DNA of 33,239 nt from Prevotella sp. (GCA_031285625.1 JAITVV010000055.1:1-33239); one strand, 5' to 3'; shown: positions 1 through 10,792, numbered from the stretch's first letter. Numbers and translations: made by a program. Notes: generated by a model from the letters alone, not told the origin.

Positions 1-125
1 TATTGCTGACAGGTTGCTCCCCAGCAGTGCCTGTTTCCTCTTAACATCCTGACACAAAGATATAAAACTGAAATTAATTTAAAATAATCATCCAATTTAT
101 TTGGATTTTAACTGGAAAATACCTT

Positions 126-1334
126 ATGAAGAAAAATATTTTTCATCTCAAAACAAAGCAGTTAAAAGAAATTGCCCAAGCACTTCAAACTAAAGTTGAA
201 AACGGTCTTAATAAAGATAATACCGAAATACAATGTATTCCAACTTATATTAATCCCAAAACGTCAAGTATTAATGGAAAGGCTACAGTCCTTGATTTAG
301 GAGGAACTAATTACAGGGTAGCTGTTGTTGATTTTGTAGATGGAAATGCTTCGATTCATCCGGAAAATGGCTGGAAAAAAGATTTGTCTGTGATGAAGAC
401 TCCGGGATTTAGCGAAAAGGACCTATTCAAAGAACAGGCAGATCCAATAGGAGAGATCAAAAGGGAACAGGAAACGCCTATCGGTTATTGCTTTTCATAT
501 CCAGCTGAATCTATGCTTAATGGAGATGCAAAACTGCTTCGTTGGACAAAAGGTGTTGATATTAAAGAAATGGTAGGTCAACCGGTTGGCCAGCCTTTGG
601 TAGATTACCTGAATGAAAGAAACAGTGTAAAATTTACTGGTGTAAAAGTAATTAATGATACTGTAGCCAGCTTATTTGCTGGGTTAACTGATACAAGCTA
701 TGATGCATATATTGGTTTGATAGTTGGTACTGGTACTAATATGGCTACATTTATCAATGCAGATAAAATAAAGAAACTAAATCCTGATTATAAGTTAAGT
801 GGTCTTATTCCGGTAAACCTGGAGTCTGGTAACTTTAATCCTCCACATCTGACAGTTATCGATGATAAAGTGGATGCTTGTTCTGATGCAAAGGGGGCGC
901 AACGTTTTGAGAAAGCTGTATCAGGAATGTATCTTGGGGAGATACTAAAATCTGTATTCCCTTGTGATGAGTTTGAGCAACGTTTTGATGCACAGAAACT
1001 GACTAACATCATGAATTATCCTGATATTCATAAGAAAAGATATGTAGAAGTAGCCCGTTCGATCTATGAAAGGTCTGCGAAGCTTGTTGCTGCATCTCTT
1101 GCAGGATTGGTATTGGTACTGGTATCACAAGATCCATCAATTAAGAAGGTGAGATTGGTTGCCGAAGGTAGTCTTTTCTGGAGTGAATATAGAAAAGGGA
1201 AAAATTATAAAGATATGGTTACTGCTGAATTGCAAAAATTACTTTCTGAGTTTGGGCATAGTGATGTACATGTGCATGTGGCTCAGATGGAAAATGCGAA
1301 CCTTATTGGTTCTGCAATTGCTGCATTATCTTGA
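126..1334 (+). CDS. Hexokinase (Hexokinase_1/2 family)
   Basis: DLGGTNYR phosphate-1 motif, FSYPA, LLRWTKG, INDTVA, GLIVGTGTN, NLESGNF, FEKAVSGMYLGE. Confidence 0.93.
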   Translation: MKKNIFHLKTKQLKEIAQALQTKVENGLNKDNTEIQCIPTYINPKTSSINGKATVLDLGGTNYRVAVVDFVDGNASIHPENGWKKDLSVMKTPGFSEKDLFKEQADPIGEIKREQETPIGYCFSYPAESMLNGDAKLLRWTKGVDIKEMVGQPVGQPLVDYLNERNSVKFTGVKVINDTVASLFAGLTDTSYDAYIGLIVGTGTNMATFINADKIKKLNPDYKLSGLIPVNLESGNFNPPHLTVIDDKVDACSDAKGAQRFEKAVSGMYLGEILKSVFPCDEFEQRFDAQKLTNIMNYPDIHKKRYVEVARSIYERSAKLVAASLAGLVLVLVSQDPSIKKVRLVAEGSLFWSEYRKGKNYKDMVTAELQKLLSEFGHSDVHVHVAQMENANLIGSAIAALS

Positions 1335-1403
1335 TTAGAATTCAATTTGTTGTCCATAAATAAGTCTTTTGTGTCAACCTATTTTAGGACGAGACAAATA
1401 TTA

Positions 1404-1444
1404 AATAAAAAAGGAATCTGATTTATTCAGATTCCTTTTTTATT
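1404..1444. terminator. Bidirectional intrinsic terminator
   Basis: Perfect inverted repeat AATAAAAAAGGAATCTGA-N5-TCAGATTCCTTTTTTATT between convergent genes, A/T tracts on both sides. Confidence 0.88.
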
Positions 1445-1450
1445 GTATGA

Positions 1451-2593
1451 TTATTCCTTTTTTAATACAGAAGAGCTGGAGGATTCTATTTTTTCTTCAA
1501 GGATTTGGATAATCGCATTTTTTAGGTCATCATATTTAAAATCTTCTTTAAAGCCAATGCCGAAAGTTGAATGAGTGTCACCTTTAGTCATGCCTAGCAG
1601 ATATGTAATACCATCCTGTGCAATCGCTACAGGCGAATATTCTGTTTGTATCCTGTATTCTATCTCATTGTCTTTATTTACAATATAAAACAGATGTTTA
1701 TAAAATATGGAGTCTTTGGGGCCAGTTTCAAATCTCTCAAATACTTGCACCAGTTTATCATTCCAAGTAAACTGATCGAAGCAAAACATATCTTCCATAT
1801 TTTTATTCAGCAGTCCCTGTTTATGGGCTTCATATAATTTATCCTTATAGGGTTGGGCTTTTTCGTAATCTTTACGATGATAGTATATTTGTATAAGTTT
1901 TGCATATACATGATAGTCATTTGGAGCTAGTTGCAATATCTCTATAAATATTGGCTCGGCTTTATCATAATTTTATTTTAGTGATTCCAGCAGTCCTATA
2001 TTAAATAAAGTATTAATGTAATAATAGGAGTCATACGAGATATTTGATTTTGTAGTGTAAAAAGCTTGCAGAGCACTGTCATAGTCACCTATATCATAAT
2101 ATATCTGTCCTACCATATAAAATGGCCTTCCATCTGTTACATCATTTTGTTCAGTTGCCTTTTTGTAATATTCGATAGCCAGATCATATTTTTTAAGATT
2201 ATAATATGAATCACCTGTTCCCGTGTATGATTGTGACTTATCAGGATTGAGTTCTATTGCTTTTTTGAAGTGTACTATAGCTTCTTCATATTTTTGCATA
2301 TAATTTAATGTAGAGGCTTTTATGTGATACGGAGCAGGATCGTTTGGGTCTTTTTTTATCGAGAGGTCCATTATTTTCAAACAGTTTGTATCATCTCCGG
2401 TCATATAATATGCAAGGCCAATATAATACAATGATTTTGCAGAGTAATCTGTATAATCTTTAGTGTAATTTTCTAGTATTCTACTATATTGGTCACTTTC
2501 TGATAATAATTTTAGCTCTTCAGAAATATCAGTTTGTGCTGAAAGGGAAAAACTACAAAAAGATATAATGATAAGGGATATAAGCTTTTTCAT
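1451..2593 (-). pseudogene. Exported TPR-repeat protein interrupted by one in-frame TAA (1973-1975)
   Basis: ORFs 1973..2593 and 1451..1936 share a frame; read-through gives LLESLK*NYDKAEPIFIEILQLAPND, a continuous TPR helix pair; signal peptide MKKLISL...SLSAQ. Confidence 0.82.
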
Positions 2594-2713
2594 AGCAGTA
2601 TTTTTTGATTGTGGATATCCAAATGCAATGTAGTATAAGTTTCTAAATTGAACAAGAATTTTAGATGTTTCCTTTTTCTGATATTCAATGTCGTTAAAAT
2701 CACTTTTTATAAG

Positions 2714-2721
2714 TATTTTTG
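2714..2721 (+). promoter_or_regulatory. Bacteroidetes -7 promoter element for nad operon
   Basis: TATTTTTG matches TAnnTTTG, about 40 nt before the nadA ATG. Confidence 0.55.
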
Positions 2722-2763
2722 CTGTGAAATAGCTATTTGTAGTTTTATTTTACTTATATTTTT

Positions 2764-3768
2764 ATGACAATGTTAGAAAAAGCTGTTGCAGCACTATCAA
2801 CTAAAGGCTACCTGAATTTGGAAATACCTAAAGGGATAAATCTTATTGAAGAAATTAATAAGATGCGTAAGGAAAAGAATGCAATCATACTGGCGCATTA
2901 TTACCAAACAGGCGACATACAGGATATCGCCGACTTTTTAGGTGATAGTTTACAACTGGCCCGTGCTGCAGAAAAAACGAATGCTGACATGATCGTTTTT
3001 TGTGGAGTTCATTTTATGGCGGAAACAGCAAAGATACTTAATCCGACTAAGAAAGTCGTTTTACCGGATTTATTAGCAGGATGTTCATTGGCCGATTCTT
3101 GTTCTGGGGAAGGTCTTCGCGATATGAAGAAAAAATATCCCAATGCGATTGTAGTAAGTTATATTAATTGTGATTCAAGTGTAAAGGCTGAGAGCGATAT
3201 TATTGTAACGTCATCCAATGCCGAACATATAATCAATTCATTACCAAAAGAGCAGGAAATAATATTTGCACCGGATAGAAATCTGGGTAGGTATATCAAT
3301 CAGGTAACCGGACGTAATATGATACTTTGGGATGGAGCATGTATCGTACATGAGGCTTTTTCTTTAGAACGTATTGCACAACAGATGCTTGATCACCCTA
3401 AAGCTATGTTAATAGCACATCCGGAAGCACAAAAGCCTGTATTGCAGGTGGCGCATTATGTGGGTTCTACTGCTAATCTTCTGAATTATGTGGTAAATGA
3501 TGAAAATCAGGAATTTATAGTTGCTACAGAAGAAGGGATCTTACATGAAATGCGAAAACGTGCACCCAATAAAATATTAATTCCGGCATTGACTATAGAC
3601 GATACATGTAACTGTAGCGAATGTCATTTCATGAAACTAAACACAATGGAGAAGTTATATTTGTGTATGAAATATGAATTACCTGAAATCCTGATGGATG
3701 AAGATATCCGTGTAAAAGCTTTAAGACCCATCAATAAAATGTTGGAAATGTCGAAGGCAATAAAATAA
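2764..3768 (+). CDS. nadA: Quinolinate synthase
   Basis: LAHYYQ, GDSLQLA, FCGVHFMAE, AGCSLA, CIVH, HPE motifs; heads nadABC. Confidence 0.96.
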   Translation: MTMLEKAVAALSTKGYLNLEIPKGINLIEEINKMRKEKNAIILAHYYQTGDIQDIADFLGDSLQLARAAEKTNADMIVFCGVHFMAETAKILNPTKKVVLPDLLAGCSLADSCSGEGLRDMKKKYPNAIVVSYINCDSSVKAESDIIVTSSNAEHIINSLPKEQEIIFAPDRNLGRYINQVTGRNMILWDGACIVHEAFSLERIAQQMLDHPKAMLIAHPEAQKPVLQVAHYVGSTANLLNYVVNDENQEFIVATEEGILHEMRKRAPNKILIPALTIDDTCNCSECHFMKLNTMEKLYLCMKYELPEILMDEDIRVKALRPINKMLEMSKAIK

Positions 3769-3789
3769 AGACAATAGAAATAAAAACCA

Positions 3790-5373
3790 ATGATATATAC
3801 AGATGTTCTGGTAATAGGCTCAGGTATTTCGGGCTTATCATACGCTCTGAAAATTGCACAACAAAGGCCTGATACCAAAATCACGATAATTACAAAATCG
3901 GATGATGAAGAATCAAGTACTAAGTATGCACAAGGGGGGGTTGCTGTAGTTACAAACTTTGAAAAAGACAGTTTCGAAAAACATATTGAAGATACATTAC
4001 GCGCTGGTGATGGTATGTGTAAAAGAGAAACTGTGGAAATAGTAGTAAAGGAAGGCCCCGAGCGCATGCGCGAAATGGTAGAGTGGGGAGCAAATTTCGA
4101 TAAAGACGAATCTCAAAGTTATGATCTGGGACGTGAGGGCGGACATACAGAGAATAGAGTTGTCCATCATAAAGATATTACTGGTGCTGAAATTGAGCGA
4201 GCTCTTCTGATTGCCATCGAGCGACTGGATAATGTAGAGCTTCTGAACCATCATTATGTAATTGACCTCATTACAGAACACCATATTCCTAACGAATCCT
4301 TTGATAAATACAATCTTAACTGCTATGGGGCCTATGTGCTCGATATGAAGCAAAGCGTAATAAAGAAAATGTCTGCGAAAATTACGTTAATGGCTACTGG
4401 TGGTTGTGGACATGTATATAAAAATACAACCAATCCTACAATTGCCACAGGAGATGGTATTGGATTGGCACACCGTGCTAAGGCAAAGATAAGTAACATG
4501 CAGTTCATACAGTTTCACCCTACAGCTTTTTACAGTCCTATAACAGGGCAATTACCACTAATATCGGAGGCTGTGAGAGGATTTGGTGCAAAATTACGTA
4601 CAGCATCCGGAGAGTCATTTATGCATAAATATGATGATCGTGAAGAATTGGCTTCACGCGATATTGTAGCTCGTGCTATTGACAGCGAGATGAAGCTACG
4701 TGGAGATGACTATGTCTGTCTGGATTGCCGCCATTTAGACCAAAGTAAATTTATGGAGCATTTTCCCAATATATATAAACAATGTAAGGATGCCGGTCTG
4801 GATATGTTCAGGGACCTTATTCCGGTTGTTCCTGCCAGCCATTACCTGTGTGGAGGAATTGATGTTGATTTATTCGGACAAAGTACTATAAAAAATATGT
4901 TTGCTGTTGGAGAATGTTCCAATACAGGACTACATGGTGCAAACCGTTTAGCATCGAATTCTCTTCTTGAAGCTTTGGTTTTTGCTCATCGTGCGGCCAT
5001 GAAAACAATAGAACGATTGCATGATGATAATTTTAACTATGATCAATTACACAGAATTCCGGAATGGGATCAGGAAGGAATGAAAGTAAATGACGAAATG
5101 GTTTTACTCAATTACCTTCGCAAAGAGTTGCAGTCACTGATGAGTGATCTTGTAGGTATTGTTCGTAGTAATACCCGTCTAAGGATGGCCAAGCAGAAAG
5201 AAGAGGAAATATATAAATCGGTAAAAGAAATTTACAAATTCTCAATACTATCACCTCAATTGTCTGAGTTGAGAAATTTAGCGAGTGTAGCATATCTGAT
5301 AATAACCCAGAGTATGGAACAAAAAGAGAACAGAGGTACATTTTATAATAAAGATTTAGAAGCTAATGAATAG
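3790..5373 (+). CDS. nadB: L-aspartate oxidase
   Basis: GSGISG FAD motif, YAQGG, REGGH, QFHPT, SEAVRG, LASRD, HGANRLASNSLLE. Confidence 0.96.
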   Translation: MIYTDVLVIGSGISGLSYALKIAQQRPDTKITIITKSDDEESSTKYAQGGVAVVTNFEKDSFEKHIEDTLRAGDGMCKRETVEIVVKEGPERMREMVEWGANFDKDESQSYDLGREGGHTENRVVHHKDITGAEIERALLIAIERLDNVELLNHHYVIDLITEHHIPNESFDKYNLNCYGAYVLDMKQSVIKKMSAKITLMATGGCGHVYKNTTNPTIATGDGIGLAHRAKAKISNMQFIQFHPTAFYSPITGQLPLISEAVRGFGAKLRTASGESFMHKYDDREELASRDIVARAIDSEMKLRGDDYVCLDCRHLDQSKFMEHFPNIYKQCKDAGLDMFRDLIPVVPASHYLCGGIDVDLFGQSTIKNMFAVGECSNTGLHGANRLASNSLLEALVFAHRAAMKTIERLHDDNFNYDQLHRIPEWDQEGMKVNDEMVLLNYLRKELQSLMSDLVGIVRSNTRLRMAKQKEEEIYKSVKEIYKFSILSPQLSELRNLASVAYLIITQSMEQKENRGTFYNKDLEANE

Positions 5374-6226
5374 ACCAGTATATGTAACAGATGAACGCTT
5401 ATATCATTTTATAGGCGAAGCGATAAAAGAAGATATCGGTGATGGTGATCATTCCACATTAGCCAGTGTTCCGGCTGACCTGAAGCAAAGAGCCAGACTG
5501 ATCGTAAAACATGATTGTATTCTGGCTGGTGTAGAGCTTGCTCAGGAAATATTTCATTATTATGATAAAAGTCTTGAAATAGAAGTAATGAAGAATGATG
5601 GAGACCAGGTAAAGGTAGGAGATATAGCTTTTATTGTTTCGGGTGCTGCCCGTTCTATCTTAACTATGGAGAGGCTGGTACTTAACTGTATGCAACGTAT
5701 GAGCGGTATTGCCACATATACGCATCGGATGGTAGGATTATTAGCTGACACTAAAACCCGGATTCTTGATACCCGCAAAACAGCTCCTATGTTTCGTATG
5801 TGTGAAAAATGGGCAGTGCATATCGGAGGAGGGCAGAATCATCGGTTTGGTCTTTTCGATATGATTATGCTGAAAGATAATCACAATGATTATGCAGGCG
5901 GAATAACCAAGGCTGTTGAAGCAACTGTAAAATATCTGAAAGAGAATAATAAAGACTTAAAGATTGAGGTTGAAACCCGTAATCTGGATGAAGTAAAAGA
6001 AGCTTTAGCAACTAATGCAGTGGATATAATCATGCTGGATAATATGTCGCTATATGAAATGACAGCAGCAGTGGAACTTATTAATGGTGCTGCAAAAGTG
6101 GAGGCATCGGGAGGTATTGCAGAAGATATTGTTCATGAAATAGCTCAAACGGGTGTGGATTATATTTCTTCGGGAGCGATTATCTATTCGGCTCCGAATA
6201 TTGATCTTAGTCTGAAAGCTTTTTGA
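5366..6226 (+). CDS. nadC: Quinolinate phosphoribosyltransferase
   Basis: EDIGDGD, DTRKT, NHRFGL, KDNH, EVE, MLDN, EASGG; overlaps nadB stop. Confidence 0.96.
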   Translation: MNRPVYVTDERLYHFIGEAIKEDIGDGDHSTLASVPADLKQRARLIVKHDCILAGVELAQEIFHYYDKSLEIEVMKNDGDQVKVGDIAFIVSGAARSILTMERLVLNCMQRMSGIATYTHRMVGLLADTKTRILDTRKTAPMFRMCEKWAVHIGGGQNHRFGLFDMIMLKDNHNDYAGGITKAVEATVKYLKENNKDLKIEVETRNLDEVKEALATNAVDIIMLDNMSLYEMTAAVELINGAAKVEASGGIAEDIVHEIAQTGVDYISSGAIIYSAPNIDLSLKAF

Positions 6227-6262
6227 GTAGAATAATCATACAAACACTTTACGATTTACTTT

Positions 6263-7315
6263 ATGACTGCAAAAGAAATACTCTCCTTACGTTTATCTAA
6301 CCATCAATTGGCAGGAACGGAAATAAAGGAACCTCATAACTTGGTTTCCTGGATGGGAGCTATGCAGTCCCAGAGTTTCGAAATGGCTAAATGGGGTATT
6401 GGGTGCCGTATGCCTGATATTACTAATAAGATGCTTGATAAGGCTTTAGATAAAGGTGATATTCTTCGTCTTCACATATTGCGTCCGACCTGGCATTTTG
6501 TATCCAAAGATGATATTTATTGGATGCTCGATTTAAGCACTCCCAGAGTGAGGAAGGCAATCGCCTCTTCCGATAAGGAATTAGGATTGACGGAGAATTT
6601 TATCAGGAAAACGAATGCCATTATAGAAAAAGCGCTTGCTAAAGATAGTAATCTGACCCGTCAGGAACTACAAGATATAATCAACAATGCCGGCCTGAAG
6701 GCAGATAGCCGTACTATTACCCATATTATGTACCATGCCGAATTGGGTGGTATTGTATGCAATGGCATTGTCCGTGGAAAGAAACAAACTTATGCTTTAC
6801 TAGAAGAAAAGGTTCCTAAACCTAAGGAAATTTTTGATAAGGATGAAAGTTTATATAAACTGGCATATAAATATTTCCAAAGTCATGGACCAGCAACTCT
6901 TCAGGATTTTATTTGGTGGTCCGGCTTAACAGCAACTGAGTGCAGACGTGCAGTAGACCTTATTAAGGATGATTTTATTTTTGAAGTTATTGGTGAGCAA
7001 ATCTATATTTTTCATAGAGCATCAGTACCCATTAAGGAGGTCAACCTGATTAATTTATTACCTGCTTTCGATGAATTTATTGTAAGTTATAAAGATCGTA
7101 AAGAAACACTTCATATAGATCATCATAAAAAAATAATCACGAGTCCAGGTATCTTTCAACCTTCTATATCTAAAGATGGTAAAACGATAGGTTCGTGGAG
7201 GAAATTGCCCAAAAAAGAAATATCTATCAGTACCGAACATTTTTATCCATGTAGTAAATCAACAGAGAAATTAATTAATAAAGCTTCAGAAAGATTTAAG
7301 ATCTATCTGTCTTAA
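6263..7315 (+). CDS. HTH_42 / AlkZ-like DNA glycosylase
   Basis: AMQSQ (QxQ), HILRPTWH, GPATLQDFIWWSGL, LLPAFDEF motifs. Confidence 0.8.
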   Translation: MTAKEILSLRLSNHQLAGTEIKEPHNLVSWMGAMQSQSFEMAKWGIGCRMPDITNKMLDKALDKGDILRLHILRPTWHFVSKDDIYWMLDLSTPRVRKAIASSDKELGLTENFIRKTNAIIEKALAKDSNLTRQELQDIINNAGLKADSRTITHIMYHAELGGIVCNGIVRGKKQTYALLEEKVPKPKEIFDKDESLYKLAYKYFQSHGPATLQDFIWWSGLTATECRRAVDLIKDDFIFEVIGEQIYIFHRASVPIKEVNLINLLPAFDEFIVSYKDRKETLHIDHHKKIITSPGIFQPSISKDGKTIGSWRKLPKKEISISTEHFYPCSKSTEKLINKASERFKIYLS

Positions 7316-8253
7316 GTATACACTATATACACTACAACTAATACATATAGGATAAAGGTAATAAGAATAAAGAGGTTATTAATACCTATTAATAAGAAGG
7401 ACTTTAAGTTTGAAATCAAGCGACTTTCTTCAAAGAATACCCTGTTCCCTCTAAAAAAATAAAAGGTAATATACAAAATTGCAAATAGATACAGTAAAAC
7501 GTAGATACCTTCTGTAAAGTGCAACCAATCAAATATACAGCTTATCATATTCGTTATCGTAATAGTAAGCAATACTGTAGAGAAAAAATGTAATGTAAAA
7601 ACAGCGCTATCGAAATAATATTTCTTTTTTTTATTATGAAATAACCATAGCCAAAAAGCAAACAGTGGCATATAAAAAAACAGGACTTTGGGAATATTAT
7701 GGATAAAAAAATCAAAAGCTTCTTCTCCTTTTTTCTGATCTTTCATATTCTCAGATATTATCTGGAATGTCTTGTACAGTTTGCTATCCGGGTTGATTAT
7801 TCGTTTTCGTTTGGGTTTTGATTTTTCATCTGTTGATTCTTCTTTTACTTCGTCGCTTTGTCCTATATTTATTGACGGTATTTTGCTATTATCATAACTT
7901 ATCTTATCCTGCTTCTCTATTTTCTTTAGAGTGGGAGCCTCTGGAAGTATTACCGGTAGAAAAAAAGCTATAAAACTTATAAAAATATAAAGGGTAAAAG
8001 GATTTACATACGATTTCCTTTTACCCTTCATGTATTCTAAAGATAGTTTTCCTGGAGATAAAAATAAGTATTTTGTTGTTCTCCAAAAGGAACTATCATA
8101 ATGTATAAAATCAAAAGCGAAATGTGTGAATACATGATAGAATGATTGTCGGCTTTCGCTATTTTCCTGCCCACATTTTGGGCAATAATGGCGTTCAACA
8201 AAAGTACCACAATTCTGGCAAACTTTATTGCTTCTGATTTTATGTTTACTCAT
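7312..8253 (-). CDS. DUF3667-type membrane protein with N-terminal zinc ribbon
   Basis: CQNC...YCPKCGQ, LSPGKLSLEYMKGKRKSYVNP, several hydrophobic helices. Confidence 0.8.
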   Translation of the reverse strand: MSKHKIRSNKVCQNCGTFVERHYCPKCGQENSESRQSFYHVFTHFAFDFIHYDSSFWRTTKYLFLSPGKLSLEYMKGKRKSYVNPFTLYIFISFIAFFLPVILPEAPTLKKIEKQDKISYDNSKIPSINIGQSDEVKEESTDEKSKPKRKRIINPDSKLYKTFQIISENMKDQKKGEEAFDFFIHNIPKVLFFYMPLFAFWLWLFHNKKKKYYFDSAVFTLHFFSTVLLTITITNMISCIFDWLHFTEGIYVLLYLFAILYITFYFFRGNRVFFEESRLISNLKSFLLIGINNLFILITFILYVLVVVYIVYT

Positions 8254-8272
8254 AGTTTATTAGGGAGGCATA

Positions 8273-9034
8273 CTACTTATTCAGTCGGTAGGTTATACCT
8301 ATTGTACCATATATATTATGCAATTTAAATTTAATTGGATTCGACCCTGAATAGAAGTAAGGCATTAACCCCCATGCTACATTTCCATAAAAACCTAATC
8401 TGTTAGTTAAACGGAATTCACCACCTCCGAGCAATCCGAAGTCATAATCTCTGGTATCCTTACTAAAGTCGAAAGTTGCGCCATCTCCTGTAATTTCCTG
8501 CTTTTGACCGGTTGGCGTATCTATTCGAATATATCCGTCATTTACACTTCCGTCAAATGTTGATGATAATGTTTTTGCAGCGTATATACCTAGCTTTACC
8601 TGCCATTTTTCGTTGAAGCTATATGTACCATACACTGGTACAGTAAGATAAGTCATATCAACATTTGTTTTGTTTTTTCCTACAAAGTACCCTGTTAACT
8701 TATCACCACCTTCTGCAAGAGTTACACTCGTATACATATATTTTACATGGTCAGTTACTCTCATTCCTTTCCAGTCGAGTGTTAACCCTGTGCCAACCCC
8801 CCATTTATCAGTAAGATTGTAAATTACATTTATACCTATCTGTGGGTTGATTTTAGGATTATAGCTATTTATTTCTCTCACCTCTGCAGGGATTGGTATC
8901 GGAGCAGTTGCACCGAAGTTAAATCCAAGAAGAAAGCTTACATCCAATGTTTTCTTATCTATATTCTGTGCAGAAATATTCGAAATAAAGAAGAAAGCAA
9001 AAAATAGGGCAATTGTATTATATTTTAATTTCAT
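8273..9034 (-). CDS. Outer-membrane beta-barrel (PorT/porin-like)
   Basis: Signal peptide, alternating beta pattern, YLTVPV, terminal GITYRL; adjacent to PCMD lipoprotein. Confidence 0.75.
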   Translation of the reverse strand: MKLKYNTIALFFAFFFISNISAQNIDKKTLDVSFLLGFNFGATAPIPIPAEVREINSYNPKINPQIGINVIYNLTDKWGVGTGLTLDWKGMRVTDHVKYMYTSVTLAEGGDKLTGYFVGKNKTNVDMTYLTVPVYGTYSFNEKWQVKLGIYAAKTLSSTFDGSVNDGYIRIDTPTGQKQEITGDGATFDFSKDTRDYDFGLLGGGEFRLTNRLGFYGNVAWGLMPYFYSGSNPIKFKLHNIYGTIGITYRLNK

Positions 9035-9041
9035 AATTCTA

Positions 9042-10148
9042 TTATTTTATAGGGTCACATATTATTTCCAGATCATCTGCTATCAATGTGCTTCCTACAG
9101 CTCCCTGATATTCGTTTCCGTCTTTACTTGATGATAATACTATTGTGAGCCGGTAATCGTTTTTATTGAAATCCAATCCTTCATTATACTTGAACGGAAT
9201 AGAGAATTTCGTAAATCCATTTATTGCCGGGGTTTCTTGCACATCTTTAGAATTTAAGGCCCATCTGGCTGTAGCTACAACTCTGTCAGATGTCATAATC
9301 GTTTCTCCATCCAGAAACTCTTCATTGGCCGGAGCTCCTTTAGTTACTTTAAACAGAGTGGCATACATAGACATTGAATCTGTTCTGTTTGGGATTACTT
9401 CTCCACTAGTACCTGTAAATATTTCTCCGGTTTTGTATTTATAATACCCATTGAACATAATTGGTTTACCATTTTCGATTGTATGAGCTTGTCCTAATTT
9501 CAGCGATTTCAGAGGATTAGACATGTTGGCTGAGAAAGCTCCTCTAAACAGATTTCCGGCAAATATAGGATAATCTTTACCAAAAATAGTAGTTCCTTTC
9601 ATTGTCTGTAGTATAGCTCCGTATTCCCCATCAACACAATCTGTTGTCTTATCTGTTGGGTATTGATCTATGACCAGGGCACCAGTACCAACTAAGATTG
9701 CCAAACCTGAATTTGCATTACTCCATAACAGATCGCTTAGTACCGGATAAGGAGCTCTCTCAGATCCCATTGTAGTCCAATCTTCGAAAGTGTGTTTCAG
9801 ACTTATTTTTGATGTAACAGTAACTGTATATTCCTTAAAATATTTGCCATCTTCAGATATAACTGTATATTTGACGTACTTCCCATTCGAAAAGTCTTGT
9901 GCTACACCTGATGCCGGTTGTACTGTAGCTCCCGGACTCACTTCTATGATTGGTACTATACGTGAATAGTCTGCTTTTTCTGAAACTATTAACTGAACGG
10001 TATGCTCAGATATAGCACGTGTGATATATGTATCATCATCAACGGACATATCTGTTATATCTGCTTCCATGTTAGGCGCCTCATCTTTTATACAAGAAGA
10101 AATTGTAAGCGCTAAAATGGCAATAAGAAAAAATATTCTAAATTTCAT
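9042..10148 (-). CDS. PCMD-domain lipoprotein
   Basis: Lipobox LTISSC, Ig-like segment (VSPGATVQP, YTVISED), C-terminal WSNAN / AGNLF / GYYKY / GSTLIADD. Confidence 0.78.
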   Translation of the reverse strand: MKFRIFFLIAILALTISSCIKDEAPNMEADITDMSVDDDTYITRAISEHTVQLIVSEKADYSRIVPIIEVSPGATVQPASGVAQDFSNGKYVKYTVISEDGKYFKEYTVTVTSKISLKHTFEDWTTMGSERAPYPVLSDLLWSNANSGLAILVGTGALVIDQYPTDKTTDCVDGEYGAILQTMKGTTIFGKDYPIFAGNLFRGAFSANMSNPLKSLKLGQAHTIENGKPIMFNGYYKYKTGEIFTGTSGEVIPNRTDSMSMYATLFKVTKGAPANEEFLDGETIMTSDRVVATARWALNSKDVQETPAINGFTKFSIPFKYNEGLDFNKNDYRLTIVLSSSKDGNEYQGAVGSTLIADDLEIICDPIK

Positions 10149-10171
10149 AGGATTAATAAGATAAATTGCAA

Positions 10172-10179
10172 CAAAGGTA
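10172..10179 (-). promoter_or_regulatory. Bacteroidetes -7 promoter element
   Basis: Minus strand TACCTTTG, about 23 nt upstream of the PCMD ATG. Confidence 0.6.
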
Positions 10180-10304
10180 CATAATGATTTAGGGCAGAAG
10201 TTTACTAAATATGTAAATTAACAGAATTTAATATTTTGACTACTGCAATATCAGAATCCTATTTAACTCTCAAAAATAAGATTCATATTCAATGGAGATT
10301 AATT

Positions 10305-10529
10305 TTAATAATAAATCTCTGATGCGTTAAAATTCAGTTCTACATACAGATTGTCATTAATATTAGAGAACAGAATTTTGTTTTCTCTAGATAACCAACC
10401 CAAAGCAAGAAGTATTAACGAGTCTTTATAACTTGTTAATTCTCCGATTTCTCTTAACGATAATCTTCCTTTCTCTGATAGGCATCGCCAGATTGTTCCG
10501 GCATTTATACCAATATCTTTCTTCAACAT
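10305..10529 (-). CDS. Small winged-helix protein (DUF2582-like)
   Basis: IGINAGTIW...LALGWLSRENKI pattern. Confidence 0.78.
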   Translation of the reverse strand: MLKKDIGINAGTIWRCLSEKGRLSLREIGELTSYKDSLILLALGWLSRENKILFSNINDNLYVELNFNASEIYY

Positions 10530-10581
10530 AGTGTATCGGTTTTTATTAGGTTAAACAATAGATTGCATGTATTTACAACGT

Positions 10582-10788
10582 TTATTCATTCTCTTTATGT
10601 AGCAAAGTAGCAAAAAGACCACCAAGTATTGCCCCAAGGCAACAATTTACCCAACATTCTGCAGATAATGGATATGTTCCCCAATAGCAGGTAAAATAAT
10701 ACCAATTAAGAAAACCTGCTATTGCACCAATTATTATAGCAATTAAAACATTTCTGTTATTTGAAATAAAAACTATAATATCTTTCAT
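10582..10788 (-). CDS. Small membrane protein (DUF6132-like)
   Basis: Two TM helices (GAIAGF, GAILGGL) around a Cys-containing loop TCYWGTYPLS. Confidence 0.6.
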   Translation of the reverse strand: MKDIIVFISNNRNVLIAIIIGAIAGFLNWYYFTCYWGTYPLSAECWVNCCLGAILGGLFATLLHKENE

Positions 10789-10792
10789 CTTG

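Noticed and set aside
126-1334. Eukaryote-like hexokinase as recent horizontal transfer
   Set aside because: The family is already known in Bacteroidota and composition matches neighbouring genes
1973-1975. Stop-codon recoding (Sec/Pyl or alternative code)
   Set aside because: The codon is TAA, which ends many genes in this window
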